A DNA stretch of 64,000 nucleotides from an uncultured Methanosarcinales archaeon (GTDB lineage Archaea > Nanobdellota > Nanobdellia > Woesearchaeales > GW2011-AR9): contig CAZRZP010000006.1 of assembly GCA_964604645.1 (NCBI GenBank), forward strand, positions 1,953-65,952. The letters run 5' to 3'. Made by a program: the position numbers and the translations under genes. Below, in pieces: positions 36,568 through 47,165 of this stretch. Within the stretch, counting starts at the first letter, position 1. The number at the start of each line of letters is the position of its first letter. The notes beneath the pieces were generated by a model. The model did no database searches, was not told where the DNA came from, and worked only from the letters and a program-made list of their open reading frames with translations.

Positions 36568-38349
36568 TCAATTATAATACAATTTATTATCAGCTCTTTG
36601 TTCTCTATCTTTTACTGAACCAGGTTTATTTATTCTAGGTCTATGAGAGTGAATGTCTCTCCTTAAAGTTACGTCTAATTCCTTCAAAAATAAATTCATC
36701 CCGTCCTCCATAGAAAATGGACCTTGCAATAAACCTTCCTGCGCTGGCTTACCAGTGAAGACCATTAATCTATCAGATAAATTATCAATAAACATTAAAT
36801 CGTGATCTACTACAAGAACCGTAACTTCTCTTTCTTGAGTGAAATTTTTTATAACTTTTGAAATAAGCAACCTTTGTTCTACATCCAAATAAGCAGAAGG
36901 TTCATCAAGCAAGAAAAGATTTGCATCTTGCGATAAACAATATGCAATTGAAACTCTCTGCAACTGACCACCAGATAACTGTGAAAGTTTTTGAGCAAAA
37001 AGTGAAGCTAAATTTAATGGTTTGACTAATTGAGTTTCATATTTTTCAATTGTTAACTGTAAAAAATCTGCAACTAACTTATCTGAATCTGATTCAAGAT
37101 ATTGCGGTTTATAAGAAACTTTAACTTTACTCTCTTCATCCCCAAAATCAATCTCTCCAGAATCTGTGTCAATTGCACCAGCTAAGATTTTAATGAATGA
37201 AGTTTTACCTATGCCATTCTCTCCAAGCAAACCAACAATTTCATTTTTGAATAATACGCCATCTTTAGTTTTTAATTGGAAATTGCCCAGTTTTTTTTCA
37301 ACAGATTTCCAAGTAACAAGATGAACTGGAGCTTGCTTTTTAACTTCCTGAGCTTTATGAAATTTTAAAGCACCATCTCGAAATCGTACATTTTCTTCTC
37401 TTAAAAAACCATCAAGGAAAGCGTTAATTCCTTCTCTTGTAGATTTTACACCAGAAACAACTCCAAAGATCCCTTCATTACCATACATAATGTTAAGTAA
37501 ATCAGTCATGTAATCTAAAATAACTAAATCGTGTTCAATTATAATGCTGGCTGTATCTTCTGTTGGTAAAGAGCTTATGAAACGAGAAATATTAATCCGC
37601 TGTTTTATGTCTAAGTAAGATGAAGGTTCATCAAACAGGAAAAGATTTGCATCTTTTAATACACAGGCAGCGATTGCAACTCTCTGTAATTCACCACCGG
37701 AAATTGATTTAATATCATTATCTAAAAAATGAGTAAGAGATAGTTCTTTACTAATTTCATCTAGCTTTCCAGAAGTATCAACTTTCTCTAATAATTCTCT
37801 TGCCGTACCAGAAAATTGTTTAGGAATTAAATCTACTTGTTGCGGTTTATAAGAAAGGGAAACTTCATTTTTTTGTAATTTGGTTAAGAATTTTTGTGTT
37901 TCGCTTCCCCTAAAATAAGATATAACTTCTTTAAATTCTGGAGGATTGTCCCATTTACCCAAATTAGGTTTCATCATATTCGCCATGATTTTAAGCGCTG
38001 TAGATTTACCAATCCCATTCTTTCCAAGAATTCCAGTAACTTTACCAAATAAAGGAGAAGGTAAAGAATAAAGTTCAAACATATTTTCACCGTAACGATG
38101 CACTGGGTCTTTCTTAAGATGATCAGGTAGGTTAATTATAGTAATTGCATCAAATGGACATCTTTTTGGACAAATCCCGCAACCAGTACAGAGGATTTCA
38201 TCTATTCTAGCTTTTTTGTGATTATCATCCCCCGGATAGATACAATCGCCGCCTGCTCGATTAACTGGACATAGCTTTGCGCAGAGATAATTACCACATT
38301 CGCTAGGATGACATTTTTCCCTATCAATTACTGCTATTCTTTTTCTCAT
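36568..38349 (-). CDS. abce1: Ribosome recycling ATPase ABCE1/Rli1
   Basis: N-terminal Fe-S Cys motifs and two ABC domains (GKNGIGKS, GENGIGKT), RPRINK. Confidence 0.97.
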   Translation of the reverse strand: MRKRIAVIDREKCHPSECGNYLCAKLCPVNRAGGDCIYPGDDNHKKARIDEILCTGCGICPKRCPFDAITIINLPDHLKKDPVHRYGENMFELYSLPSPLFGKVTGILGKNGIGKSTALKIMANMMKPNLGKWDNPPEFKEVISYFRGSETQKFLTKLQKNEVSLSYKPQQVDLIPKQFSGTARELLEKVDTSGKLDEISKELSLTHFLDNDIKSISGGELQRVAIAACVLKDANLFLFDEPSSYLDIKQRINISRFISSLPTEDTASIIIEHDLVILDYMTDLLNIMYGNEGIFGVVSGVKSTREGINAFLDGFLREENVRFRDGALKFHKAQEVKKQAPVHLVTWKSVEKKLGNFQLKTKDGVLFKNEIVGLLGENGIGKTSFIKILAGAIDTDSGEIDFGDEESKVKVSYKPQYLESDSDKLVADFLQLTIEKYETQLVKPLNLASLFAQKLSQLSGGQLQRVSIAYCLSQDANLFLLDEPSAYLDVEQRLLISKVIKNFTQEREVTVLVVDHDLMFIDNLSDRLMVFTGKPAQEGLLQGPFSMEDGMNLFLKELDVTLRRDIHSHRPRINKPGSVKDREQRADNKLYYN

Positions 38350-38432
38350 TTTAGTGTAAATTACTTGTTGTTTTATCTATTTTATCCCAGAAAAAAGAAT
38401 AATTTAAAAATTAGTTGCTTTCTAAAGTAAAA

Positions 38433-38594
38433 ATGGTTAAGTGTAACATATGCTCGGAAAAGATTAAAGAGTTGTTTTTAGGTAAATTACAGGGTACTGT
38501 TGTGAAGAAAGTAGGGAAAAGTAAACCGTATTATATCTGTGATCTATGCCAGAAGAAATATAAAACAAAAGCAGAGATTTTAGAAAAATTATAA
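38433..38594 (+). CDS. Small zinc-finger protein (53 aa), absent from the ORF track
   Basis: MVKCNICSEKIKELFLGKLQGTVVKKVGKSKPYYICDLCQKKYKTKAEILEKL has two CxxC motifs; TATA-like TTTAAAAA about 25 nt upstream. Confidence 0.75.
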   Translation: MVKCNICSEKIKELFLGKLQGTVVKKVGKSKPYYICDLCQKKYKTKAEILEKL

Positions 38595-38595
38595 T

Positions 38596-38694
38596 GCCCC
38601 AGTGGCTTAGCGGTAGAGCGACTGATTTTAAGTCGAACCTCGTATCCTAAGTAAAGAAAGCAGTAGATCGGGAGTTCAAATCTCCCCTGGGGCT
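38596..38694 (+). tRNA. tRNA-Thr(CGU) with two introns (30/31: 38625-38637; 37/38: 38645-38658)
   Basis: Acceptor stem GCCCCAG/CTGGGGC with U73; T arm GGGAG-TTCAAAT-CTCCC. The spliced anticodon arm is ACTGC-CT-CGT-AA-GCAGT. Confidence 0.88.
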
Positions 38695-38699
38695 TATTT

Positions 38700-39329
38700 T
38701 CAAAAATTCAATAAATCAGTTACTTTTCCTAAATCTTCTTTCTTGAAAACTAAAATTGTATCGGTCCAACAACTCATCATTTCAACTATATTGATATTAT
38801 GCTCAGCTAAAAGTGAGAAAACGTAGGCAACTACGCCCGGTACTTCTTCCAACGTTTCAGGACTACGAATTGTAATTAAAGCTAAATCAAGATTTTTCTT
38901 TTTAATTTTGTACTTTAATTGAATATCTAAATAATCAGTAAATACTTCAGAAGCAATAATAGTAGCTTCACTAACTCCCTCAATTACTTGCAATGTTTTA
39001 TTTCTTCTTTTTGCTTTACGCTGAACTTCTTCTAATAATTCCCAATAATGTCCTTTAGATATTACATATACCACCATTTTTGTTTCAATTGATAAGGTAG
39101 ATTGCCGTAATATTTTCTTTATGTTGGAAGTGTGGTCTTGATTCTTTTTAAGAGAATCATGATATCTACGAAGAGCTACAATTATGGCGTCAAAATTCTT
39201 CTTTTTCAAATCAGTCTGAGAAATAATAAGACGAGCCGTACTTGAATAGTTTAGTAAACCTTGTTGTAATGTTTGCTTGATGGGAGGATTATTTTGAATA
39301 AAATTAATTGTCGTTTTAGTAATGTTCAT
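38700..39329 (-). CDS. N-terminal HTH-like domain plus C-terminal ACT (CASTOR/ACT_7-like) domain; putative regulator
   Basis: GLLNYSSTAR...AIIVALRRY; PGVVAYVFSLLAEHNINIVEMMSCWTDTILVF. Confidence 0.75.
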   Translation of the reverse strand: MNITKTTINFIQNNPPIKQTLQQGLLNYSSTARLIISQTDLKKKNFDAIIVALRRYHDSLKKNQDHTSNIKKILRQSTLSIETKMVVYVISKGHYWELLEEVQRKAKRRNKTLQVIEGVSEATIIASEVFTDYLDIQLKYKIKKKNLDLALITIRSPETLEEVPGVVAYVFSLLAEHNINIVEMMSCWTDTILVFKKEDLGKVTDLLNF

Positions 39330-39447
39330 TTATTATTGAAAATCTCTTAATTATAAAAATGTTTTGTTTCGAACATAAAAGACCGATTTGTTTAATGTTA
39401 GACGGTAAGCTTAAATACTAAAAAAACAAGAGAATATCTGAAGAAAA

Positions 39448-40704
39448 ATGACAGAAAAAAAAGAAGGGAATAAAAATGACAAAGAACATAAAGTAGTACT
39501 AGCCTATAGCGGAGGATTAGACACTTCCGTGATATTACATTGGTTAATTAATGAGGGATATCAAGTTATTGCTTTCATAGCAGATGTTGGACAAGAAGAA
39601 AATTTTGAGGAGGTTAAAAATAAAGCACTAAAAATTGGTGCCGATAAAGTTGAGGTTGTAGATTGTAAAGAAGAATTTGTGACTGATTATATCTTTCCTG
39701 CAATTCAAGGAAACGCTATATATGAAAACCAATATTTATTGGGAACAGCAGTTGCAAGACCACTTATTGCTAAAAAACAAATTGAAGTTGCAGAAAGTGA
39801 GAAAGCAGAATTTGTATCACATGGAGCAACAGGAAAGGGAAATGATCAAGTAAGATTTGAATTAAGCTACTATGCGCTAAATCCGTCAATAAAAATTATT
39901 TCTCCATGGAAAACAGAGAAATTTCTTAAGCAGTTTTCTGGAAGAAGTGACATGTTAGAATATGCAAAAAATAACAGTATCCCAGTTACTGCTACTGTGG
40001 AGAAATCCTATAGTACAGATGAGAATTTAATGCACATTAGTTATGAATCTGGAATTTTAGAGGATCCGTCTAAATCCCCACCAAAAGGGTTGTGCACTTG
40101 GACAAACGATATTGATGAAACTCCTAACAAAAGTGAAGAACTTACAATATATTTTAAAGATGGAATCCCAATTAAGTTGAAACATGATGGAAATGTAGAA
40201 AATAATCCATTACAAATATTTCTTTACCTAAACAAAATAGGAGCAAAACATGGCGTTGGAAGAATCGACATTGTTGAGAACCGTTTCGTTGGTATAAAAT
40301 CAAGAGGAGTTTATGAAACACCTGGAGGAACTATCCTTTACAAAGCCCATCAAGAGATTGAAAGTATTGCCATGGATCGTGAAGTTCAAAGATTAAGAGA
40401 TATGCTTTCGCCAAAATTTGCTGAACTAATCTATTATGGGTTCTGGTACAGTCCTGAGATGGAATTTTTACAGGCAGCTATTGCAAAAAGTCAAGAAGCG
40501 ATTGATGGGTCAGTAAAAATAAAATTGTACAAAGGAAACATCATAATCTTGTCAAGGGAATCGCCTAATTCATTATACGATCAGGAACTTTCCAGTATGG
40601 ACATAGAGGGTGGTTTCAACCAGCAGGATTCAGAAGGGTTCATTAAAATAAATGCAATTAGATTAAAAGCTCACGCTGCTATAATGGAGAACTATGAAAA
40701 ATGA
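39448..40704 (+). CDS. argG: Argininosuccinate synthase
   Basis: [33 protein letters not shown]. Confidence 0.98.
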   Translation: MTEKKEGNKNDKEHKVVLAYSGGLDTSVILHWLINEGYQVIAFIADVGQEENFEEVKNKALKIGADKVEVVDCKEEFVTDYIFPAIQGNAIYENQYLLGTAVARPLIAKKQIEVAESEKAEFVSHGATGKGNDQVRFELSYYALNPSIKIISPWKTEKFLKQFSGRSDMLEYAKNNSIPVTATVEKSYSTDENLMHISYESGILEDPSKSPPKGLCTWTNDIDETPNKSEELTIYFKDGIPIKLKHDGNVENNPLQIFLYLNKIGAKHGVGRIDIVENRFVGIKSRGVYETPGGTILYKAHQEIESIAMDREVQRLRDMLSPKFAELIYYGFWYSPEMEFLQAAIAKSQEAIDGSVKIKLYKGNIIILSRESPNSLYDQELSSMDIEGGFNQQDSEGFIKINAIRLKAHAAIMENYEK

Positions 40705-41915
40705 CTTTATGGAGTGTTAACAAAAACGGACATGGAGAGATCGATGAGACTATTTTAGATTTTACAGCAGGAGAGGATTACATCTTAGATCAGAAATTAA
40801 TTCAGTATGACATTAAGGTAAACAAAATACATTGTTTAAAATTGGTTGAAGTTGGAATTATAAGTAAAGAAGAAAATGAAAAAATAAACAAAGTATTAGA
40901 TGAAATAAGTGTTAAAGCTTCATCAGGGGATTTTCTGATAAATAAGGAACAAGAAGATGTACATACAGCAGTTGAAGAATATGTAACAGAAAAACTAGGT
41001 GAAATTGGAAAAAAGATGCACACAGGTAAATCAAGAAATGATCAAGTTCTAGCTGATGTTTTGTTATATTCAAAAGAATCACTTAATGAGATAAAAATCC
41101 TAGTTGCAAAGTTGAAAAAAAAAATGCAAAATTTTGCAAGTGATAATCAAAACATCAAGATGCCAGGTTATACACACATGCAAAAAGCTATGCCTTATTC
41201 AGTAAGCAGTTGGATTTTATCTTTTTATGAGATGTTAAAAGATGATGGAAAGGCTTTAGCATATGCGTTGGATGTAATTGACGTTAATCATTTAGGTAGT
41301 GGAGCCGGATTTGGAATATCTTTGTTTGATGAACAAATAAATCAAAAATATGGAAAAATACTAGAGTTTTCTAAATCATTTCAAAACGCATTGTATTGTC
41401 AGAATAGTAGAGGAAAATATGAGAGTTTAGTATTGTTTTCACTAAATCAAGTAATGCTTACTTTAAACAAGTTAGCTACAGATTTGATGTTATTTACCAC
41501 GCAAGAATTCGGTTATTTTTCTCTTCCAGATAATTATTGTACAGGAAGTTCAATTATGCCACAAAAGAAGAATTACGATATACTAGAGTTGTTGAGAGGA
41601 AAAACGCATCTTTTTTCTTCACACTTAATAAAAATCTTAACAGTATATTGTAATAATATATCTGGCTATAATCGTGATATGCAATTAAGTAAAAAGATTT
41701 TATTTGATGGAATAGATGAAGCTATTTCCTGCATTAAAATTATGATTAAAATTATCCAGAATTTGGGAATTAATAAAGATAAACTAAATGAAGCTATGAC
41801 TGAAGAATTACTCGCCACAGAAAAAACATTTGATTTAGTGAAAAATGGGACTTCATTTAGAGAAGCATATTTTAAAGTAAAGAATGAATTAGGTAGTACG
41901 TTTTCTAATTCTTAA
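40701..41915 (+). CDS. argH: Argininosuccinate lyase
   Basis: [36 protein letters not shown]; 4-nt overlap with argG. Confidence 0.93.
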   Translation: MTLWSVNKNGHGEIDETILDFTAGEDYILDQKLIQYDIKVNKIHCLKLVEVGIISKEENEKINKVLDEISVKASSGDFLINKEQEDVHTAVEEYVTEKLGEIGKKMHTGKSRNDQVLADVLLYSKESLNEIKILVAKLKKKMQNFASDNQNIKMPGYTHMQKAMPYSVSSWILSFYEMLKDDGKALAYALDVIDVNHLGSGAGFGISLFDEQINQKYGKILEFSKSFQNALYCQNSRGKYESLVLFSLNQVMLTLNKLATDLMLFTTQEFGYFSLPDNYCTGSSIMPQKKNYDILELLRGKTHLFSSHLIKILTVYCNNISGYNRDMQLSKKILFDGIDEAISCIKIMIKIIQNLGINKDKLNEAMTEELLATEKTFDLVKNGTSFREAYFKVKNELGSTFSNS

Positions 41916-41947
41916 CTTTTATAAAAACATCACTTAATTGAATCTTC

Positions 41948-42796
41948 ATGAAAACACTTTTAATCGGAGAGATTCATCCTGAAGCGCACGAGTTGTTGAA
42001 AAGTAAAACAGATTTGCAACAGATAAATAATGAACATTTTTGCTCAGCTTTTCCTACAGAACAATTTAAAGAAGTTGAAGCCCTCATTCTTAGAACTTTC
42101 ACTCCCTGCAGAAAACATGAATTAAATTATATGCCTAACCTAAAATATATTGTAAGTTGTAGTGTTGGGACAAATAATTTAGATCTTGAAGAGATGAAAC
42201 AAAAGAATATTGAATTGATTCATGTTCCTGGAACTAATGCAAATAGTGTAGCTGAACACACATTGTATTTAATCATGTCTGTATTGCGAGAGGATGCAAA
42301 AAAACCAGTTGCAGAATTAAAAAATAAAACTGTTGGAATAATTGGTTTTGGAGCGATTGGAAAAATAGTTGCAAAGAAATTAGCTGGAACCGAATGTAAA
42401 ATTATTGCGTTTGATGTAATTGAGCAAAAGCCAGAAGTGTTAGCAGAACTTAAAACAACAATAAAAACTTTTGACGAAGTTGTAAGTGAAGCGGATGTAC
42501 TTACTATTCACGTTCCGCTAAATAAACATACGGAAGGGTTGATTAACTTAGAAACTTTTTCTAAAATGAAACAAAATTCTTTCTTCATTAACACAAGCAG
42601 AGAAGAAGTAATTGATGAACAAGCATTATTGCAACAGCAAGATAAATTTAGAGGAATCGGATTAGATGTATATTCTGACAAATTGAAAAAAAGTTTGCAG
42701 GGAAATATAGTATTAACAGACCATATTGCTGCTCAAGGGGAAGAATCTTTTAGACAACAATGTTTACAGCCTGTGGAGAAATTTTTAGAAAAGTAA
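41948..42796 (+). CDS. D-isomer-specific 2-hydroxyacid dehydrogenase
   Basis: NANSVAEH, GIIGFGAIG, HVPL, INTSR, LDV, HIAA. Confidence 0.9.
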   Translation: MKTLLIGEIHPEAHELLKSKTDLQQINNEHFCSAFPTEQFKEVEALILRTFTPCRKHELNYMPNLKYIVSCSVGTNNLDLEEMKQKNIELIHVPGTNANSVAEHTLYLIMSVLREDAKKPVAELKNKTVGIIGFGAIGKIVAKKLAGTECKIIAFDVIEQKPEVLAELKTTIKTFDEVVSEADVLTIHVPLNKHTEGLINLETFSKMKQNSFFINTSREEVIDEQALLQQQDKFRGIGLDVYSDKLKKSLQGNIVLTDHIAAQGEESFRQQCLQPVEKFLEK

Positions 42797-42814
42797 TCTT
42801 AATTTGTTATTATA

Positions 42815-43567
42815 TTAGTTTTTTCTTGCTTTAAAGATAATTGTTGGAACCAATTTTTTAACTAATTTTTTTGGATAATATTTGTCCCATACGCCTCCAC
42901 GCCAAGCTTTTTCTGATGTTAAATCAAGAGGTTCAAGAACTTTTTCTATTGTAAGTCCAGCTTGAACCAAACTATTACAAATATCACTTATTTTGTGAAC
43001 GTGCATGATAAATTTATGTTCTTTGCCACCGGTTGAAGCTATTTGTTCAATCCTCTCAGAACTGTTATAATTTCTTTTTAGTGCCTGAGATTCTTTGCTA
43101 ATACTATCATAAAATGGATGACCAAAACTAAAAACAAATACTCCGCCTTTTTTTAGTACTCTAGCAACTTCTTCAAAACCTTTAGATAAATTTGGTACAT
43201 ACTGCAAAGCAAAAGCGGAAAAAACCACATCATATTTTGAATTAAATCCATGCAAATTTTGAATATTATGCTTAATGAATTTAACTGAAACTTTATTTTT
43301 CCTAGCTAAATCCTGTGCATGTTTCAATTGAGCACTAGAGAAATCAACACCAGTGCAAATTGCACCCTGTTTAGCAAAGGCAATTGAACATTGTCCGCCC
43401 CCACAGCCAATCTCTAAAATTTTCTTACCATTAACTTTACCTAACAGTCTTAATTTATTCTCATTAGGTGCCCAAGGACCATAGTGAGCTGATTCTGTTC
43501 CTATCTTTGAAATAGCTTGATATTCTGCTGAATCAGCTTCCCACCATTTTTGGATATCTTTTACCAT
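42815..43567 (-). CDS. Class I SAM-dependent methyltransferase
   Basis: ILEIGCGGGQ, GVDFS, RVLKKGG..FSFGHPF. Confidence 0.9.
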   Translation of the reverse strand: MVKDIQKWWEADSAEYQAISKIGTESAHYGPWAPNENKLRLLGKVNGKKILEIGCGGGQCSIAFAKQGAICTGVDFSSAQLKHAQDLARKNKVSVKFIKHNIQNLHGFNSKYDVVFSAFALQYVPNLSKGFEEVARVLKKGGVFVFSFGHPFYDSISKESQALKRNYNSSERIEQIASTGGKEHKFIMHVHKISDICNSLVQAGLTIEKVLEPLDLTSEKAWRGGVWDKYYPKKLVKKLVPTIIFKARKN

Positions 43568-43661
43568 TATTTAGCAATTTTAAGCGCGTTTATTAAGTTT
43601 TCTGGGACATATAGAACCAAAAACAGCAACCTTCTTAAACGGTAGTTTCAATTAAAGCAAA

Positions 43662-44507
43662 ATGGATGAAAATAAGGAGATAAAAAGCGCAATAGAAGAA
43701 AGAGACAATATAGAAAAAAGTGATACTGCTAAAAGTATTAAACAAGAGCCTAAAAAGCAAGAAGTTAAAGAATTCAAAGAATTAAGAGTTGCTCCTGTAG
43801 TTGCTGAATTAGGACAAACATATATAGAACCAGAAGATGAGCAAGATGGTCAAGGCGAAGTGCCAAAAAATGAAGGAAGATCTCTATTAATAGCAATAAG
43901 TGTTTTAATTTTATTATTCGCTGCATTTATTGTTGGTGGTAAATTATATGCAAATGCTGCTGGAGCACATGTCCTAACTTTAGATGATTTACATAAAGAA
44001 AATTTGGAAAAGGAAGCGACAGAAACAAATTATGTTTACAATGGATTTAGTTTTGTAAAAGCAGAAGGTTTGTGGTGGACAGACATCCATGCTCGTGACC
44101 AAATTATTAGAATTCCGTTACATTTTGGACCAAAGGAATTAGAGAACGTTTCAATTATTGGTAAACTGGATAAATCATTTAACAAAGGAACTGATGTCTA
44201 CGTAACTATTGACCCTTTAGTTAGAAATAAATATTATAGTTTAGGGATTTCAGAATTGAGTTTTAATATGGCCTCAGGAATTAATAGAAAACCGATTGGT
44301 TCTTGTACACAGGAAGATGAAGCATGTGACAACCGTACAATTGTTAGCTGTGAGAATTCTCAAGGAAAGCCAGTTGTTGAATTAGCATTGGATGAAGAGA
44401 ACAAAGTAGAATACAAAGGAACTTGTATCAAAATAAGCGGTAATGGTTACGGGATTGTAAGAGGAGTTGACAGAATCTTATATCAATGGTACGGAGTTAT
44501 GAGTTAA
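43662..44507 (+). CDS. Hypothetical membrane-anchored protein
   Basis: Charged N-terminus, one TM, extracellular domain (YVYNGFSF, four Cys). Confidence 0.7.
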   Translation: MDENKEIKSAIEERDNIEKSDTAKSIKQEPKKQEVKEFKELRVAPVVAELGQTYIEPEDEQDGQGEVPKNEGRSLLIAISVLILLFAAFIVGGKLYANAAGAHVLTLDDLHKENLEKEATETNYVYNGFSFVKAEGLWWTDIHARDQIIRIPLHFGPKELENVSIIGKLDKSFNKGTDVYVTIDPLVRNKYYSLGISELSFNMASGINRKPIGSCTQEDEACDNRTIVSCENSQGKPVVELALDEENKVEYKGTCIKISGNGYGIVRGVDRILYQWYGVMS

Positions 44508-44531
44508 ATATAGAAATTGTTAATTAATAAT

Positions 44532-45620
44532 TTATATCAAATACTTTCCAAACAGCATGAACCTTGGTTCTCTCAATAAGGCATTTATCACTAAAGGAAT
44601 TGGATTGTCCCTTGTGTACTTCTCGAAAACTCTTTGAATTTTTGGTTTAGCAACATATCCTACTAAGCGATCCCAATCCTTATCAGAAAATTTACTGAAC
44701 ATTTTTTGAATTTTTAAATGCATCACCATCTGTTTTCTAATGGGTGTAATTTCTTTAGAATAATCTTTCTTATTAACAATACAATCCACTAAGATTTGGG
44801 CTTGTTGTAAAGCTGGTACCAAACCACCTAAAGTTGTTGCTTTTACGTAAGTTGAAGCATCTCCAACGAGATAACAATTCTCTTTCCGTAACAACTGTTT
44901 AGGTTGATAAACAGGAATTGCTCCTGCTTGAATATCAACCGCAGTGAAATTAAATTTTCCCATGAAATCATCAAAATACTTCCTGGAGTTTTTTTTCATA
45001 GCTAATCCAACTCTTGCTTTAGTATTAGATTCAGGACAAATCCAAGCAAATAATCCTGGGCAGATGTCATTACCAAAATACGTTTTAATTGTTTTTTCAG
45101 AAAAGTCCCCTTCTACCGTTGCTTGAACTCCAAAATAATTATCTCGTTCAGGATGATAGAAAGCATAAGCTTTAGCAGTAGGTGAAAGAGGACCATCCGC
45201 ACCAATAACAATATCGGCTTGAATTTTTTTCACCTTATCTTGAAAAGTATCTTTAATAATTAAAAAGCCATTTTCTTTACCGAGTAAAGTATGATTAAGA
45301 TGTAGCTTTGCTCCAGCATCAATAGCAAGATTAGCAAAATAGTTGTCAAACTTGTTTCTGCATATGATATAGTCCTTCTGCTTAACTGTAACTTTATTAT
45401 TAGGAGAAAAAACGTCAATTGAATCTATAATATGAACTAGATACGGATCTAAAGGAAAGCCTAATTTATCATAATCATTAGTTAATATTCCAGTACATTG
45501 AATTGGCGAACCTACTTTAGGATGATTTTCAAAAATAGCTACTCTATAACCTTCTTTAGCCAGTAAATAAGCTGTGTAACATCCAATCGGTCCGGCTCCT
45601 ATTACTGCTACTTTATCCAT
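44532..45620 (-). CDS. Geranylgeranyl reductase family flavoprotein
   Basis: IGAGPIG, PIQCTG, R..FD, IGADGP.S, FAWICP, LVGDA. Confidence 0.88.
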   Translation of the reverse strand: MDKVAVIGAGPIGCYTAYLLAKEGYRVAIFENHPKVGSPIQCTGILTNDYDKLGFPLDPYLVHIIDSIDVFSPNNKVTVKQKDYIICRNKFDNYFANLAIDAGAKLHLNHTLLGKENGFLIIKDTFQDKVKKIQADIVIGADGPLSPTAKAYAFYHPERDNYFGVQATVEGDFSEKTIKTYFGNDICPGLFAWICPESNTKARVGLAMKKNSRKYFDDFMGKFNFTAVDIQAGAIPVYQPKQLLRKENCYLVGDASTYVKATTLGGLVPALQQAQILVDCIVNKKDYSKEITPIRKQMVMHLKIQKMFSKFSDKDWDRLVGYVAKPKIQRVFEKYTRDNPIPLVINALLREPRFMLFGKYLI

Positions 45621-45737
45621 GAAATAAAACTAAATGAATTATTTAAATGTGTTATTAAACCTAGTGTAAATACTAAAAGGTTAAAAATTTATTCAAAAAA
45701 AAAAGATAAGAAAAAAAGAAATGGAGGAAGGAAGACC

Positions 45738-47045
45738 CTAATAATAGGTCTGTTCTTCTTCGTCGTCCTTCTTTAACCTACTAAATCCAATGATTAAGAA
45801 GACAATCACTAATAGTACAACAAGTACAATTAATGCTACTTCTAAACCATTTCGTAGGTTTGAACCATCTGAACTAGAGGTTGTAGCTTTGGATACAGTA
45901 GCTTTTAACGGTACAGTCTGAAGTAATTCACTTCCAGATTTAACAGTTAATGAAGCAGTGTGTTCACCAAGAGCTGCATCTTTAGCAGTAGATAAGTCCA
46001 CAGCAACAGTTTTGGTCTTACCAGCTTCCAGTACAACTAATGTTTCACTTAGAGCAGCAGTTGCCCAATCTCCAGTTGAAACTTGTAATGTGTACGCTTT
46101 AGCTGATTTTCCTTGATTTGCAAGGCCAACCATAAACTTAGTTGTTTTTCCAGCAGATACAGCCGCGTTATCAGGACCAACAGCAAGAACTAATTTTTCT
46201 TCAGTTGGAAATAGTTCATTCTCAACTACGTTGATTTTGAACTTCTTACTTACGGTTTTTTGTAAGTAATCGTATTTAGCGGTAACAACCACTTCATACT
46301 CGCCTGGTTTGGCAGCAGCCGGAATAGGAACGAACATTTCAGGAACGTCTTCAAAGTCAACATTGTTGTAACCGTTCTTGTCATCCATCTTAAGAACGTC
46401 AACAATTTCTGAAGCACTTACACCTAATGCTGGTACACTAACAGTAACTTTAACATCTTTTTCATGTCGGTCACCGAAGTTTTCTAGCAATACAGTGGTA
46501 AGCAAGCTTCTTCCTGCTTTGACAGTTGTTCCAGGTGATAGTGAAACATCAGCGATGTCTACACCATGCTTAGATGGTTCAACATTCAACTTAACAATTC
46601 GCTTAACGGTCTTTGAAGCCGCACTGTCAATGGTTAAGTGTAACCAGTATTCTTTCTTATCCAACTTAGTTGGTAATTGAATTTTTAGATGTTTAGTTTT
46701 CTGCGTATTAGCAGCCATGTTAAACAAATCAGTTGAGTCACTTAAAGTACCGTGATCGTAGCCTTTAATTCTTGCTTCAACTTCGATGTCCTGTACAGCT
46801 TGCTTTGCAACAAGAGTTACTTTAACATCAATTTCTTTTCCTTCGTCAACACTTACGGAAGGGATTACTGTATTTCCTAAAAGTACATCATCGCCTGTTT
46901 TTTTGTCATTTACTGTATTATCGCCAGCAAGAACTTCGGTCCCATCAACTTCAACGTTCCAGTCAAAATTGCTGTTGTCCAGAGCAAAAGCTGAGGAAAC
47001 TAACAATAAACTCATTACTAACATTGTTATTAGACTGTTTCTCAT
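45738..47045 (-). CDS. Cell-surface/S-layer-like protein (Ig/CARDB-like domains, C-terminal TM)
   Basis: Signal peptide (AFA), beta-rich modules, C-terminal TM with acidic tail; own TTTATAAA (47104-47111) and GGAGG Shine-Dalgarno. Confidence 0.75.
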   Translation of the reverse strand: MRNSLITMLVMSLLLVSSAFALDNSNFDWNVEVDGTEVLAGDNTVNDKKTGDDVLLGNTVIPSVSVDEGKEIDVKVTLVAKQAVQDIEVEARIKGYDHGTLSDSTDLFNMAANTQKTKHLKIQLPTKLDKKEYWLHLTIDSAASKTVKRIVKLNVEPSKHGVDIADVSLSPGTTVKAGRSLLTTVLLENFGDRHEKDVKVTVSVPALGVSASEIVDVLKMDDKNGYNNVDFEDVPEMFVPIPAAAKPGEYEVVVTAKYDYLQKTVSKKFKINVVENELFPTEEKLVLAVGPDNAAVSAGKTTKFMVGLANQGKSAKAYTLQVSTGDWATAALSETLVVLEAGKTKTVAVDLSTAKDAALGEHTASLTVKSGSELLQTVPLKATVSKATTSSSDGSNLRNGLEVALIVLVVLLVIVFLIIGFSRLKKDDEEEQTYY

Positions 47046-47165
47046 TTTTTAACTTCCTCCATTTCTCTTAAAGAGCATTATCTTCTCCCAAAACTCTGGG
47101 ATATTTATAAACTTTTTGTTTTTTAGTATTCTCGAGTGGCTACATCCAGTTGTCATTTGAATGTG

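Noticed and set aside
38621-38664. Apparent UUA-anticodon (ochre suppressor) tRNA if only one intron is assumed (ACTGA-TT-TTA-A)
   Set aside because: This reading leaves an A31-G39 mismatch. The two-intron model gives a perfect stem, a valid BHB and Thr identity elements, and TAA is used as a normal stop throughout the window.
38596-43567. Integrated island at tRNA-Thr
   Set aside because: No integrase and no duplicated tRNA 3' end were seen; horizontal origin of argGH remains possible, but no element can be delimited.
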